Source of the DNA: Sediminibacterium sp.
Lineage (GTDB): Bacteria > Bacteroidota > Bacteroidia > Chitinophagales > Chitinophagaceae
Reading direction: 5' to 3'
Length of the DNA: 48,974 bases
Assembly (NCBI GenBank): GCA_046593815.1
Contig: JBKJQV010000347.1
Location: 1 to 48,974, forward strand
Under the pieces are notes generated by a model. It was not told where the DNA came from, ran no database searches, and saw nothing but the letters and a program-made list of their open reading frames with translations. This document shows, one piece after another, positions 35,254 to 45,022 of the stretch (its first letter is position 1; each line of letters begins with the position of its first letter). A program made the translations under genes and the position numbers.

Positions 35254-38200
35254 ATGAGCAAAACATACATAGCCAAGCTTACTCAAATAACAAATTCGGA
35301 TGGAATAGTATGTTCCAATCCGAAAATTACATTTGAAAAACCATCATGCGCAAATATAGTATGTGAATTAGTAAAAAATGCTCAAGGTCAAACGACCTCC
35401 ATTAAAATACAGGTTCCCGATGATTGCGAAGATGGTTGCGTTGATGTAAAAATTGACTGTAGCGCACAATGCTCAACATGTGGAGAACAAAGAATAAGAA
35501 TATGTCCATGTACTGTAGATAGCGATTGCCCAGATTGTTCTACATGTGGTCCCAATGGACTTTGTATTACCAATTGCAAAACAAATGAATTTTGTTCCGG
35601 GGAAAGATGCGTAGAATGTGATGAATTCACGCCATGTACCGGTGGAAAAGTCTGTGAGAGCGGAAAGTGTAATTGCCCTCCAGAAAAGCCATATCAAAAC
35701 GCAAAAGGGGAATGTGTACAATGTAATCAGTTTACTCCATTAACCCCGTGCGAAATATGCGACAATGGGTTTATTTTAGTCAAAGATTGCCCTGCTGGCG
35801 TACTTAATCCAGATACATGTGATTGTGTCGAGTGTTTAAAATCAAGCGACTGTAAAAAGCCTAATGAGAAATGCGGACCAAATGGATGTGAATGTATCGA
35901 TGGATTCAGAAGGAATGCAGTAACAGGTGATTGCGAGCCTAAAGATGATTGTACTAGAGATAGCGATTGTGGAGATTGTAGGAAATGTAAAGCTGATGGC
36001 AAGTGTGGAGATTTCGAATGTCCGCCTGGATTTACTCCAAGTAATATGCCTGGCAAATGTTGTGTAAAAATATGCGATTGCAATAATCCTTCTTGTCCTC
36101 CAGGTCACAAATGTGTAAATTTAGATGGAACCAAGTGTTTCTGCCAAGATTGCAATGTAAAATGTGCAAGTGGTAAATGTCCAGAGGGATGTATTTGTGA
36201 TAAGACTGACGATTGTAAGCCTAATCCATGTGGGGGGAAATGTATAGATGGCAAACCATGTGCGCCTGGTTGCGGTTGTGATCAAAATGACAATTGTGTT
36301 CCGTGTGATAATTTGAATTGCGCTGAATGTGAAAAAGTAATCGGTTGTGATTGTACAACCCCTGACAATTGTGAAGCATCTGATTGTACTGGCCCTTGTG
36401 ATCAGAATACTCCATGCGCTCCTGGCTGCGGATGCACCGAAAAACGAATATGCGAAAATTGCAGAAAAATAAACTGCTTAAAACATAGCGATTGCCCAGA
36501 TGGTTGCGATTGCAAATCAGATAATAAGTGCGGTCAAAAAGATTGCGTGAATACATATTGTTCTACTCCATCTGAATGCGGAGAGAATTGTGATTGTATA
36601 AAAGGGAAATGCGAAACAGGATTTGGCGGAGGCGATCCTAATGCACCATGTTCAGATGTGTTATCTATTAAAGAAGAAGCAGATTGCGCAATAAAAGGCG
36701 AATTAACTACAAAGCAATGCTGTGCTTGCAAAGATATTTATGTGCACGTAAACCAAACGCAATATGATCCATTATCAAGAACAGTAGCTGTTACTTTAAG
36801 AACAGGACCAAATGCAACAGACACAAAATTAAGTCAAACAGGAATAGTTGGGGACAATAGTATTACTGGTAATTTAAGATTAACATGGGTTCAACAAGCG
36901 CGCGAAGTGAATTCAAGCAATGTTGTTATTGCTGGTGGAAAATTAATTACTCTTACAAAAGTAGAAACCGTTTCTTTTTCAAATAACGATGAAGTAGCAT
37001 TTGTAAATTATGTTGCAGGCGTTGGTGTAATTATCACTCATACTGATGGAAAGAAATATAAGATAGTTGAATCAGCATTAAGTGTTGAATCAATTGGCTT
37101 ATTAATAAATACCGTTAATAAGTGTACATATAAAATTGGAAAAACTATAATTTACAGAAAAACAACTAGCGATGTTGGTAATTCTAGTACAATTTTAGAT
37201 AAAGTTCAGAGATGCAAGAATCCAATCTTTACTTGGTATAAATCTAACGATGGTAGCGCTTGGACTCAGGTTAAAAAGGTTTATGCTAAAAAAGTAGGAA
37301 CAAAATACGAAGATATCTTAAATGAGGTTGAAGGATTAGAATTATGTAAATACTTCAAATTGTCAAGTGATTGTGGTTGTGGCGATGATGTTATTTACTC
37401 TTGCGAAAATGGATCAATGGCGAGATACGTGCCTTATATCCCAAAAATCTTGAATGTAACTCAAGTTGATCCATGCGGTAAGATTATCGAAATTGAAGAA
37501 ATTAAAGTATGCAGCTTATTTAAGCCAACGTCTCTTCCATATAAATTATATATCAATGGAGTACTAGAGTCATCTTATAATGTTGATGTAAACGGAATGT
37601 TGTTTGTTGGTGGATTAACCATTACAAAATTAGTTCCAATTACAGAAGTCAAGCTAGTATATCCTTGTGATGATTGTAATAATCCATTAATAATAACTTT
37701 GCCTACTTTAAGCGCAGATTGTTTTACTTGTACTGATGCTAGTATTACATTAGCAGCCACAGGTACTTGTGCCACTGGAATCGTAGTAAATGGAACAATG
37801 TTCAAAGTAACAACTCCATTGGTAGCTATCCCAGGATGCAATATTGCAATATACTTAAATGGAGTATTTAAATTAAATGCAATTACAGATGCATTAGGTG
37901 CATTTGCGGCTAATTTGGCAATCACTTCCAATGGAACTTACACGGTAAAAGTAACGAACTGTTATGGCTGTGAGCAAACTGATACGATAACAATAAATGA
38001 CTGCTGTAGTGCTGCAATAAATGGAATCCAATATAATTGCGGAACATTAGCGCTTACATCTATATTGTCTGGGTGCGCTGTTCCTGGTAACTACTTAATA
38101 AAAAGAAAAGCCACAGGCTTAACAGTAGATTCCGGGGTATATAGCAATTCTATTACATTGCCATTTACATTATCTAATGAGATTTACATAATTGAAGTAG

Positions 38201-39864
38201 GTTGTGGTGCTGGATGTGATCCTTCTGCTGAATTTACGGTTTCTTGTGGGGTTCCTAATTTTACATTAATTCCAACATGCACTGGAATACAAGGAATTAT
38301 CACATCTTCTGCTTATACAGGGGGAGCAGGTGCGCCTTGGTTGGTTGAATATAGCACAGATAATTTTGTAACTATTCTAGGAAGTAGTGCAGTAGATCCT
38401 TTTTCATTCAACTCAACAGATGGTATTGTTTACAAAGTAAGATTGACTGATTCTGCTGGTAATAGTATTGTAAAGACAGCAACTGGGCTTGATTGCTTAA
38501 GTAATTCATTCGATTTCACCACAGTAATGTCATGTATGGCTGGAATTCAAAAATTCTGTTTCACCCCTACCGTAACAGGTTTTTATACTGCGGTTGCGAA
38601 AGATGTAAATAATGTTACTGTTTTCTCTGCAAGTGTTTTTGGAGCTGCAGGAGTGCCTACTTGTAATAACTTTACGATAGCACCAGCTGCAGGAACTGGA
38701 ACAATTGAATTAACTCATAATGGAAATACTGTAACGCATAATATCAATATTACGGCTTGTGCCATTGCAACCATAGCGTACAATTGCAGTACGGGATTAA
38801 GCGTAACAGGGGTTGCAACTTTCAATGTACATAGCCCAGGATATCCACCAGCAGGATACGGTCCATTTGCTTCTGGTGATCCAGGATTGTTCTTTACTGA
38901 TGGCGTTTCTGATTCAAGAACGCTAACAATTAAGAGTCCTGACGGATCAGAAACTTACGGAACTGTTGTTGTAAATTGCTGTACTCATAGCTCAGTAATT
39001 CAAGACGATGTATGTAACGGCATAAACGCTAGATTGAAAGTATCTTTAACTGGAGTTGCTGGAGCATACAGAATAACAATATTTACTGGGGCATCACAAG
39101 TTTGCGTACCAACAACAGTTAATCATGTAGGTGGCACCGTTTTATATTCAATTGCGTGTGACTTAGTGTCAAGTACTACATATTCAGTAGAAATAGTTAA
39201 TGTTGATTATGGAAATAAAATATACAAGGATCAATTGATTGGAAATGTAACTTGCTCTACTACTACAAACTATACAAGTACAAATTGTGGATTCACTGGC
39301 CCAGGAGGAGGAGGACAAGGATGTCCTGTGCAGTCTAGCGATATTGTTATAACTGGATCATGTACGCCTTCAATAACAAATAATGCCTCTATTGCAGTAT
39401 CCGTGTTATTTAAGTCTACTGAATTCACAAATTGCACAGGTCAAGAATTCCCAGAAGGATCACTGGTAAGTATAAATCCTGGACAAACAATAAGTTACGG
39501 GGTTTTAGGCCACGTAAACTTAGGGAAGAAATTATTTGTAAATTCAATTGGTCCAAATGGTGATTCTTGTGTGTTTTCGATGTGTTATACAGGATGTGTT
39601 GGCGCTTCTTCTTGTTCTTTGACTACAGATCCATCGCCTGCTTGCTCAACTACTGGTGCTGCTCCTGGAAACAGAAGATTAACAACTACTAACACAAATG
39701 CTAATGCAGTATTCTTAATGATTGATGGCATTGATAAAGGAATAGTACAACCTGGAGCAAGTAACATATCATACTATGCAAACAACACAAATCACACGAT
39801 ATTATTTAAGTGTGTAGATGATGTAGCGCAAACAAGAACAATAACGTATCTATTAAACTGCTAA
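35254..39864 (+). CDS. Giant Cys-rich repeat protein with C-terminal Ig/FN3-like beta domains
   Basis: N-terminal ~490 aa with roughly one Cys in five (C..DSDC, PCAPGCGC repeats), then T/V/G-rich beta modules with Y.V.VT..xGC motifs. Confidence 0.85.
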   Translation: MSKTYIAKLTQITNSDGIVCSNPKITFEKPSCANIVCELVKNAQGQTTSIKIQVPDDCEDGCVDVKIDCSAQCSTCGEQRIRICPCTVDSDCPDCSTCGPNGLCITNCKTNEFCSGERCVECDEFTPCTGGKVCESGKCNCPPEKPYQNAKGECVQCNQFTPLTPCEICDNGFILVKDCPAGVLNPDTCDCVECLKSSDCKKPNEKCGPNGCECIDGFRRNAVTGDCEPKDDCTRDSDCGDCRKCKADGKCGDFECPPGFTPSNMPGKCCVKICDCNNPSCPPGHKCVNLDGTKCFCQDCNVKCASGKCPEGCICDKTDDCKPNPCGGKCIDGKPCAPGCGCDQNDNCVPCDNLNCAECEKVIGCDCTTPDNCEASDCTGPCDQNTPCAPGCGCTEKRICENCRKINCLKHSDCPDGCDCKSDNKCGQKDCVNTYCSTPSECGENCDCIKGKCETGFGGGDPNAPCSDVLSIKEEADCAIKGELTTKQCCACKDIYVHVNQTQYDPLSRTVAVTLRTGPNATDTKLSQTGIVGDNSITGNLRLTWVQQAREVNSSNVVIAGGKLITLTKVETVSFSNNDEVAFVNYVAGVGVIITHTDGKKYKIVESALSVESIGLLINTVNKCTYKIGKTIIYRKTTSDVGNSSTILDKVQRCKNPIFTWYKSNDGSAWTQVKKVYAKKVGTKYEDILNEVEGLELCKYFKLSSDCGCGDDVIYSCENGSMARYVPYIPKILNVTQVDPCGKIIEIEEIKVCSLFKPTSLPYKLYINGVLESSYNVDVNGMLFVGGLTITKLVPITEVKLVYPCDDCNNPLIITLPTLSADCFTCTDASITLAATGTCATGIVVNGTMFKVTTPLVAIPGCNIAIYLNGVFKLNAITDALGAFAANLAITSNGTYTVKVTNCYGCEQTDTITINDCCSAAINGIQYNCGTLALTSILSGCAVPGNYLIKRKATGLTVDSGVYSNSITLPFTLSNEIYIIEVGCGAGCDPSAEFTVSCGVPNFTLIPTCTGIQGIITSSAYTGGAGAPWLVEYSTDNFVTILGSSAVDPFSFNSTDGIVYKVRLTDSAGNSIVKTATGLDCLSNSFDFTTVMSCMAGIQKFCFTPTVTGFYTAVAKDVNNVTVFSASVFGAAGVPTCNNFTIAPAAGTGTIELTHNGNTVTHNINITACAIATIAYNCSTGLSVTGVATFNVHSPGYPPAGYGPFASGDPGLFFTDGVSDSRTLTIKSPDGSETYGTVVVNCCTHSSVIQDDVCNGINARLKVSLTGVAGAYRITIFTGASQVCVPTTVNHVGGTVLYSIACDLVSSTTYSVEIVNVDYGNKIYKDQLIGNVTCSTTTNYTSTNCGFTGPGGGGQGCPVQSSDIVITGSCTPSITNNASIAVSVLFKSTEFTNCTGQEFPEGSLVSINPGQTISYGVLGHVNLGKKLFVNSIGPNGDSCVFSMCYTGCVGASSCSLTTDPSPACSTTGAAPGNRRLTTTNTNANAVFLMIDGIDKGIVQPGASNISYYANNTNHTILFKCVDDVAQTRTITYLLNC

Positions 39865-39867
39865 AAA

Positions 39868-40689
39868 ATGGCTTGTAATTGTAATCCAACGATAGTCCCA
39901 CCAATAAATCCGTGTAACGGATGCTTGCAAGTCAATGGCATGCTCGTTGGGTGTTCTACAGGGCCATTGCCTTGCGGAGAAACCACGACAATAGACTTGG
40001 CGGCAAATAATAATTTGGCGGTATGTACAGGTGTTCCTGTGTGGAGTATAAAAAGTTATGATCCGCTTGCGTTCATAAATGTTACTTTGTCTCAATTAGG
40101 AATATTATCATTTGATACTACTGATTATTATAAAAACGAGAAAGAATTTATAATAATATATCAAGTTGATTGCCCGAATTCTATTTTGAGGGCACAAGGG
40201 GAAATCAAGGTTTGTTTTAAAAATCCATGTCCTTCAACTTGTAAAGATTGTAATCCTTGTTCTGGAAATTGCATAGAGGCTAATGATTCACCAGTTGATG
40301 CATTAATTTCAAATACAGACTGTCCAGTAATTACTAACAACTTTGATCTTAAAACAGTATCATCGTATAGTGATTGTGGAACAATCATAACATATGATTT
40401 TATTTATCCTGCCACAATATTCGCAAATGTAACTGAAGCATTAGGAATAATTAGTTTCACTGTTTTGGATGCTGCAATATCTGGAGCGACCTATGATATT
40501 AGATATACAATGACATGTAGTGATTTTAAAATCAAGAAAATCGGGGTTCTTCATGTATTGGTTAAGAATTTATGCCATGACGTTGTATGCGCAACAGGAT
40601 TTGTCTGTGAGTTATGCAGTGGAACATGTGTAGCAATTCCACCAGAAATATCACTAAACAACTTTAATCACCAAATTGGGCTAAGTTAA
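39868..40689 (+). CDS. Cys-rich protein with two Ig/cadherin-like repeats
   Basis: Duplicated DL.....C.......F.NVT...LGI.SF......Y.I.Y...C unit, each followed by KN.C...C..C.G.C. Confidence 0.75.
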   Translation: MACNCNPTIVPPINPCNGCLQVNGMLVGCSTGPLPCGETTTIDLAANNNLAVCTGVPVWSIKSYDPLAFINVTLSQLGILSFDTTDYYKNEKEFIIIYQVDCPNSILRAQGEIKVCFKNPCPSTCKDCNPCSGNCIEANDSPVDALISNTDCPVITNNFDLKTVSSYSDCGTIITYDFIYPATIFANVTEALGIISFTVLDAAISGATYDIRYTMTCSDFKIKKIGVLHVLVKNLCHDVVCATGFVCELCSGTCVAIPPEISLNNFNHQIGLS

Positions 40690-41567
40690 TGATAACAGGA
40701 AATAGTATATCGGCAGTAAACGAAACGGTCATTTGGAAAGTAACGGCTGTTAATGGAAATACAAACAATGTAGGAGTTTTTGTGACATTAAACTTAGATC
40801 CAGGTTGGGTAATTGCTCCGGGATTTATTGCATCACAAGGAACTTTGGCTGGGAATATTTGGACAATTGGAGGAATGACTCCTGGACAAATTGCGACAGC
40901 TGATATTCCTGTAAAGAAAATAACTAATTTATTAGGCTCACCATGGACGTTTATCGCTGTAGTTACAGGCCTTGATACCAATGCAGGGGATAACACATTA
41001 ACTGATACGGTGACGCTAGGAGAGTGCATTTTATGTCCTCCTTCTGCTGGGGCTATACCTGATCCATTTGCTTGTATTTGTGGAAGCAGTGGTGCTAATG
41101 ACACTCCATGTACTTCTGGAAGTACTTCATGGGAATATGATGTAGCATCTCTTACAAATGTAGAAATGCTCAATTACAATACTGTAAATGGCAATTACCT
41201 TGTAAGACCTATTGATCCATTTCTACCTTGGAGCTTTCAATATTCTATTTGGTGTGACACAGGAGGCGGTCCATTGCAAACTTCTGGACCTGCTTTGGTT
41301 AGTGGACCAGCTCAATATGCTAATTATAATAAATTTCCTCGATTAATACAAGAGGATTTTAATCCTGATGATGCGGATACTTTTGTGACATTAAGCCAAA
41401 TACCGTTAGCAGGTTTTCAAATATTTGCTCATAGGAACGGCACATTACAGCCTCAATTATCTTTTACTCTAGTTGGAGCTGTGGTAACGCCAACCGTAGC
41501 ATTTGGCCCTTCGGGTGGAGCTGAATTTTCTGAAACATATTCTGTACTTTATTATGCAATTGTCTAA
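40689..41567 (+). CDS. DUF11-like Ig-domain structural protein
   Basis: SQGT....WTIGGMTPGQIAT...DTNAGDNT. Confidence 0.7.
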   Translation: MITGNSISAVNETVIWKVTAVNGNTNNVGVFVTLNLDPGWVIAPGFIASQGTLAGNIWTIGGMTPGQIATADIPVKKITNLLGSPWTFIAVVTGLDTNAGDNTLTDTVTLGECILCPPSAGAIPDPFACICGSSGANDTPCTSGSTSWEYDVASLTNVEMLNYNTVNGNYLVRPIDPFLPWSFQYSIWCDTGGGPLQTSGPALVSGPAQYANYNKFPRLIQEDFNPDDADTFVTLSQIPLAGFQIFAHRNGTLQPQLSFTLVGAVVTPTVAFGPSGGAEFSETYSVLYYAIV

Positions 41568-42511
41568 TGGGTAGAGAAAATATTAATAATCAGGAAAAAT
41601 CAATAGTCCCTTATGCTATTCCAAGAACTAATTCTTTAAGAATTCAGGAATACATATCTCCTGGATTAGAAGGACAAGTATGGGGAGTCTCAGGAGGTAT
41701 TGCCCAATATATTACTTTCCCTTATCCTGATATAATTATTCAAGCAGACTCATTTGCAGAATTTCCTTTAGTTGGGGAGGCTGGGAATCTATATTTTGAT
41801 CGTGATGCATCACTATATTATATATGGACAGGTTCAGGATACATACTTTTACCTGGATTAACTGGATTTTCTATGAATTTAATAGGAGATTCAGGACCTA
41901 CTCAAGTAATAGGGAATACCGCCGATTTATATTTACTAGGTGTAAATGGTTTTAGTGTAATTGTTTCGGCAGTAGGAATTGCTACAATAACACCTCCAAT
42001 AGGAACAGCAGATGGGCAAGTACTATATTGGGATAATGGCACTTCAACTTGGAGTGCAGTACCATTAGATGGATCGGACATTGCAAATATTCCTGCTGGT
42101 AATATTGCTGCGACCAATGTAAAAGATGCTATAATTGAACTTGATGCTGAGAAGCAAGCAGGTATTCAATATAAAGAAGAAGGTACTAACTTAGGAAGTT
42201 CAGGAACAGTAGTTAGTTTAGATATTGTAGGACCAGGAGCTACAGTAACGAGAGCAGGGAATAATGTAACGCTTACGATAGCCAAACAAGTAATAGAATT
42301 CTTTTCTCCGAATGATGGAGATACATTAATAACACTGGCAAATATTCCTAAAACAGGGACTGCTTTAGTTGTTAATGCTTCAAATAATATATTGACTCCA
42401 ATTACGGATTATACGATTATAGGCGCGGCAATAACTAAAGTAGTTGCTTTTGGCCCATCACAAGGAGGTGAAGTAAATGCACAAAAAGTAATGGTAAGTT
42501 ATTGGGTATAA
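41567..42511 (+). CDS. Tail-fibre-like protein
   Basis: FP..GE...LYFD, DGQVLYWD and IAATNVKDAI.EL motifs. Confidence 0.7.
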   Translation: MGRENINNQEKSIVPYAIPRTNSLRIQEYISPGLEGQVWGVSGGIAQYITFPYPDIIIQADSFAEFPLVGEAGNLYFDRDASLYYIWTGSGYILLPGLTGFSMNLIGDSGPTQVIGNTADLYLLGVNGFSVIVSAVGIATITPPIGTADGQVLYWDNGTSTWSAVPLDGSDIANIPAGNIAATNVKDAIIELDAEKQAGIQYKEEGTNLGSSGTVVSLDIVGPGATVTRAGNNVTLTIAKQVIEFFSPNDGDTLITLANIPKTGTALVVNASNNILTPITDYTIIGAAITKVVAFGPSQGGEVNAQKVMVSYWV

Positions 42512-42525
42512 AATAAAATAAAGCA

Positions 42526-43191
42526 ATGAGATCAAAAATAAGCGATGGAGAGAAAAGTTTAGTCCAAGATAGTATTGCTATTACAGACGGAACTCTTATT
42601 CCAGGATATAAATTTCTTAATGATAAAGATTTTACTATAAGCTCAACGGATATCCAAAACAAGGGAATGAGCTTTGCGGATATCGTTGCATCAGTGGCTC
42701 CAGTAATTACTGCTATTCCGCCATCTGCTCCTACAAATCCAGGAAGGAATACAATTTTGAGAAGACAATATACTGACTTATATCGTACATGGAAGTATAA
42801 TGGAACGGCATGGTCACATGTTTATGATGAAATAATCAGAGTCATTGGCCAATTTTCATTAAGTTTAGTGGAAGCACAAACAGCGGTAACAGCAGCAGGG
42901 ACTGACATTGGTGACTTTTTTATTGTTCCTACATATATGAATGGTGCGGAGATAATAGAAATAACAGGCATGGCAGGGTCAGGAGCAGGGAACGTTGCAG
43001 TGTCTTTAAAGAAGAATGGAGTAGGGCCAGCTTGTTTTACATTAGCTGGGGTTACATCTACTTTAGTAACTCAAAGTACTTGCGCAGCAATTGTGCTTGC
43101 TACTGGTGACAAAATAACTGCGAGAATGAGTTCATTAGTAGGCTCTTTAAATGGGATGTCAATAACTATTGTTTACAAAATAACACCATAA
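42526..43191 (+). CDS. Fibre/spike-like structural protein
   Basis: WKYNGTAW motif and jelly-roll-like C-terminus (LATGDKI). Confidence 0.65.
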   Translation: MRSKISDGEKSLVQDSIAITDGTLIPGYKFLNDKDFTISSTDIQNKGMSFADIVASVAPVITAIPPSAPTNPGRNTILRRQYTDLYRTWKYNGTAWSHVYDEIIRVIGQFSLSLVEAQTAVTAAGTDIGDFFIVPTYMNGAEIIEITGMAGSGAGNVAVSLKKNGVGPACFTLAGVTSTLVTQSTCAAIVLATGDKITARMSSLVGSLNGMSITIVYKITP

Positions 43192-44261
43192 TGGGAGAAG
43201 TTGACAATAACATATTATTAAATAACACCCCTGATAAAACAATTTATTGGACAGGTGAATCTGTTCCAGAGTTGGGAATATTTAGGGGCATGTTATATAA
43301 TGACGTTATTAGCAATTTAATTAAATCTTATCTTGAATTAAAAAATGCGACAATAAATATTGGTGCGCTTAGTGGCAAGCCAGAAGTAAACGTAAGTAGA
43401 GATGAAGCTATTAGTGCTATGTCTCAAAAAATGTTAAATTTATCAACCAGTGATATTAAACATGATGGAATTCCTTTTACTTATAATCGATTAAGTGTAG
43501 ATGCTTCAAAATTCCTTGGATCTAAATTTTCATATAGTGTAGAAACTGATTCCAATGGATCTAAACTAGGAATTAACTTAAAAGAAGGATTAACAGGTGA
43601 TGTTTTATCATCTAGGGTAATTGTATCTGGAAAATCAACAAATGGGAAAAATGTAGTAATGGATAGTAGTGAAAAAGTTACTTCCGTTTCTATTAAAAAT
43701 GAAATGTATCCTATAAATATTGATATATTATCTAGGGTACAAACAAAAGGTGGTATTGTGGACCTAACGAAACAAATTGTTTTGCGCAATCCGTCTGAAT
43801 CTGGATCATTTGAATCACTTTATGATGTAAAAGACAGATCATTTTCAAGTCCGTTTTCGGGCAATCTTAGCGATTTACTTGGAGGGATGGAAGCGACACA
43901 AGACCGATTGGAGCAGTATCATGATGTGTTAAAAAACACAAGCGAAGGGGATATTGTGAATAGAGTAAGTAGCAATGAACACAAAATTGCTAGTATAGAT
44001 GAAATGGTTAAAAGTAATGAGACTGTTGAAATATCACTTGCTGGTTCATCAGGAACAGTGACGACAAAAACAGTTACTCCACAGAAAGCCATTAACAGTC
44101 TAACTGAGACAGTAAATAAGTTATTGGGTGACAGCACTCAACTTAAAAGCGACATTGCAGGCGTACAAAACAAGGTTGGTAATATTTCTAATCCGACTGG
44201 AGGAGGCATTCCTGGTACAACCAGTGAAAACTTAACTAGTGCGTCAAATGGAGCAGCATGA
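43191..44261 (+). CDS. Structural protein with coiled-coil C-terminus
   Basis: IYWTGESVPELGI..G..YNDVI motif. Confidence 0.7.
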   Translation: MGEVDNNILLNNTPDKTIYWTGESVPELGIFRGMLYNDVISNLIKSYLELKNATINIGALSGKPEVNVSRDEAISAMSQKMLNLSTSDIKHDGIPFTYNRLSVDASKFLGSKFSYSVETDSNGSKLGINLKEGLTGDVLSSRVIVSGKSTNGKNVVMDSSEKVTSVSIKNEMYPINIDILSRVQTKGGIVDLTKQIVLRNPSESGSFESLYDVKDRSFSSPFSGNLSDLLGGMEATQDRLEQYHDVLKNTSEGDIVNRVSSNEHKIASIDEMVKSNETVEISLAGSSGTVTTKTVTPQKAINSLTETVNKLLGDSTQLKSDIAGVQNKVGNISNPTGGGIPGTTSENLTSASNGAA

Positions 44262-44998
44262 TGCGACATTCAGTCAGAAGTACGATTGATGCATTTATAC
44301 ATTATTTAGGCGATCTATCTGGAAGACCTACGCAAAGTATAAGATTTCCAAAAAAGCTTATATATTATTATTTAAGCATTTTCAGGAATTCAGTTTTGTA
44401 TGAAGAAACAAAGAAACGTAAAGACGTTGATTTGACATTGCAGCAAACAATACCATGCATAGAATTAAAAGAAATTGATGTGGTTGGGGATTGCCCCTGC
44501 GCTCCAGAAAAAGGATGTATGTGGTTAAAATCAGTTGAACCTATTCCTGATTTAATGAATATGAAACCAGATACTGTTATTACCTTGGATGGATTGATTA
44601 AATTTGAATATGTTGAATGGTTTAGGTTTTCGCATGTTCTGTGTAGTAGATATGAAGGAATAAGGAAGAATCCATATTATACGTTTAGAAACGTAAAAGG
44701 AAGATTTCATCTTTACATATATGCAAATTCAGAATTAACGAAAACTACGCAATTAGAAAGAATTGCACTTACAGGTATTTTTAAAGATCCATTGGATGTT
44801 ATAAACTTTCCTGTTTGTGGAATCAAGCCTTTTATTTGTGATGTATTGGATAAGGATTTCCTTATCCCATTGGAGCTTGAGTCAATAGTTTTCTTGAAAA
44901 CGTATTCAGCATTAATGAGTTTAAATAGACTCACATTACAACATGGAGATGTATTGAATAATGACAATAATGATAGTGCCGCTAAGGTGCCAATTTAA
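44258..44998 (+). CDS. Tail tubular/ring protein (crAss-like)
   Basis: QTIPCIEL..ID...CPC....C..LKS..PIP and GIFKDP...C..LDKDF.IP motifs. Confidence 0.7.
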   Translation: MMRHSVRSTIDAFIHYLGDLSGRPTQSIRFPKKLIYYYLSIFRNSVLYEETKKRKDVDLTLQQTIPCIELKEIDVVGDCPCAPEKGCMWLKSVEPIPDLMNMKPDTVITLDGLIKFEYVEWFRFSHVLCSRYEGIRKNPYYTFRNVKGRFHLYIYANSELTKTTQLERIALTGIFKDPLDVINFPVCGIKPFICDVLDKDFLIPLELESIVFLKTYSALMSLNRLTLQHGDVLNNDNNDSAAKVPI

Positions 44999-45022
44999 AA
45001 TAAAGTTAATTAAACTATAAAC

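Noticed and set aside
35388-44967. Numerous minus-strand ORFs in the structural region
   Set aside because: They are antisense shadows of long plus-strand genes with biased codon usage.
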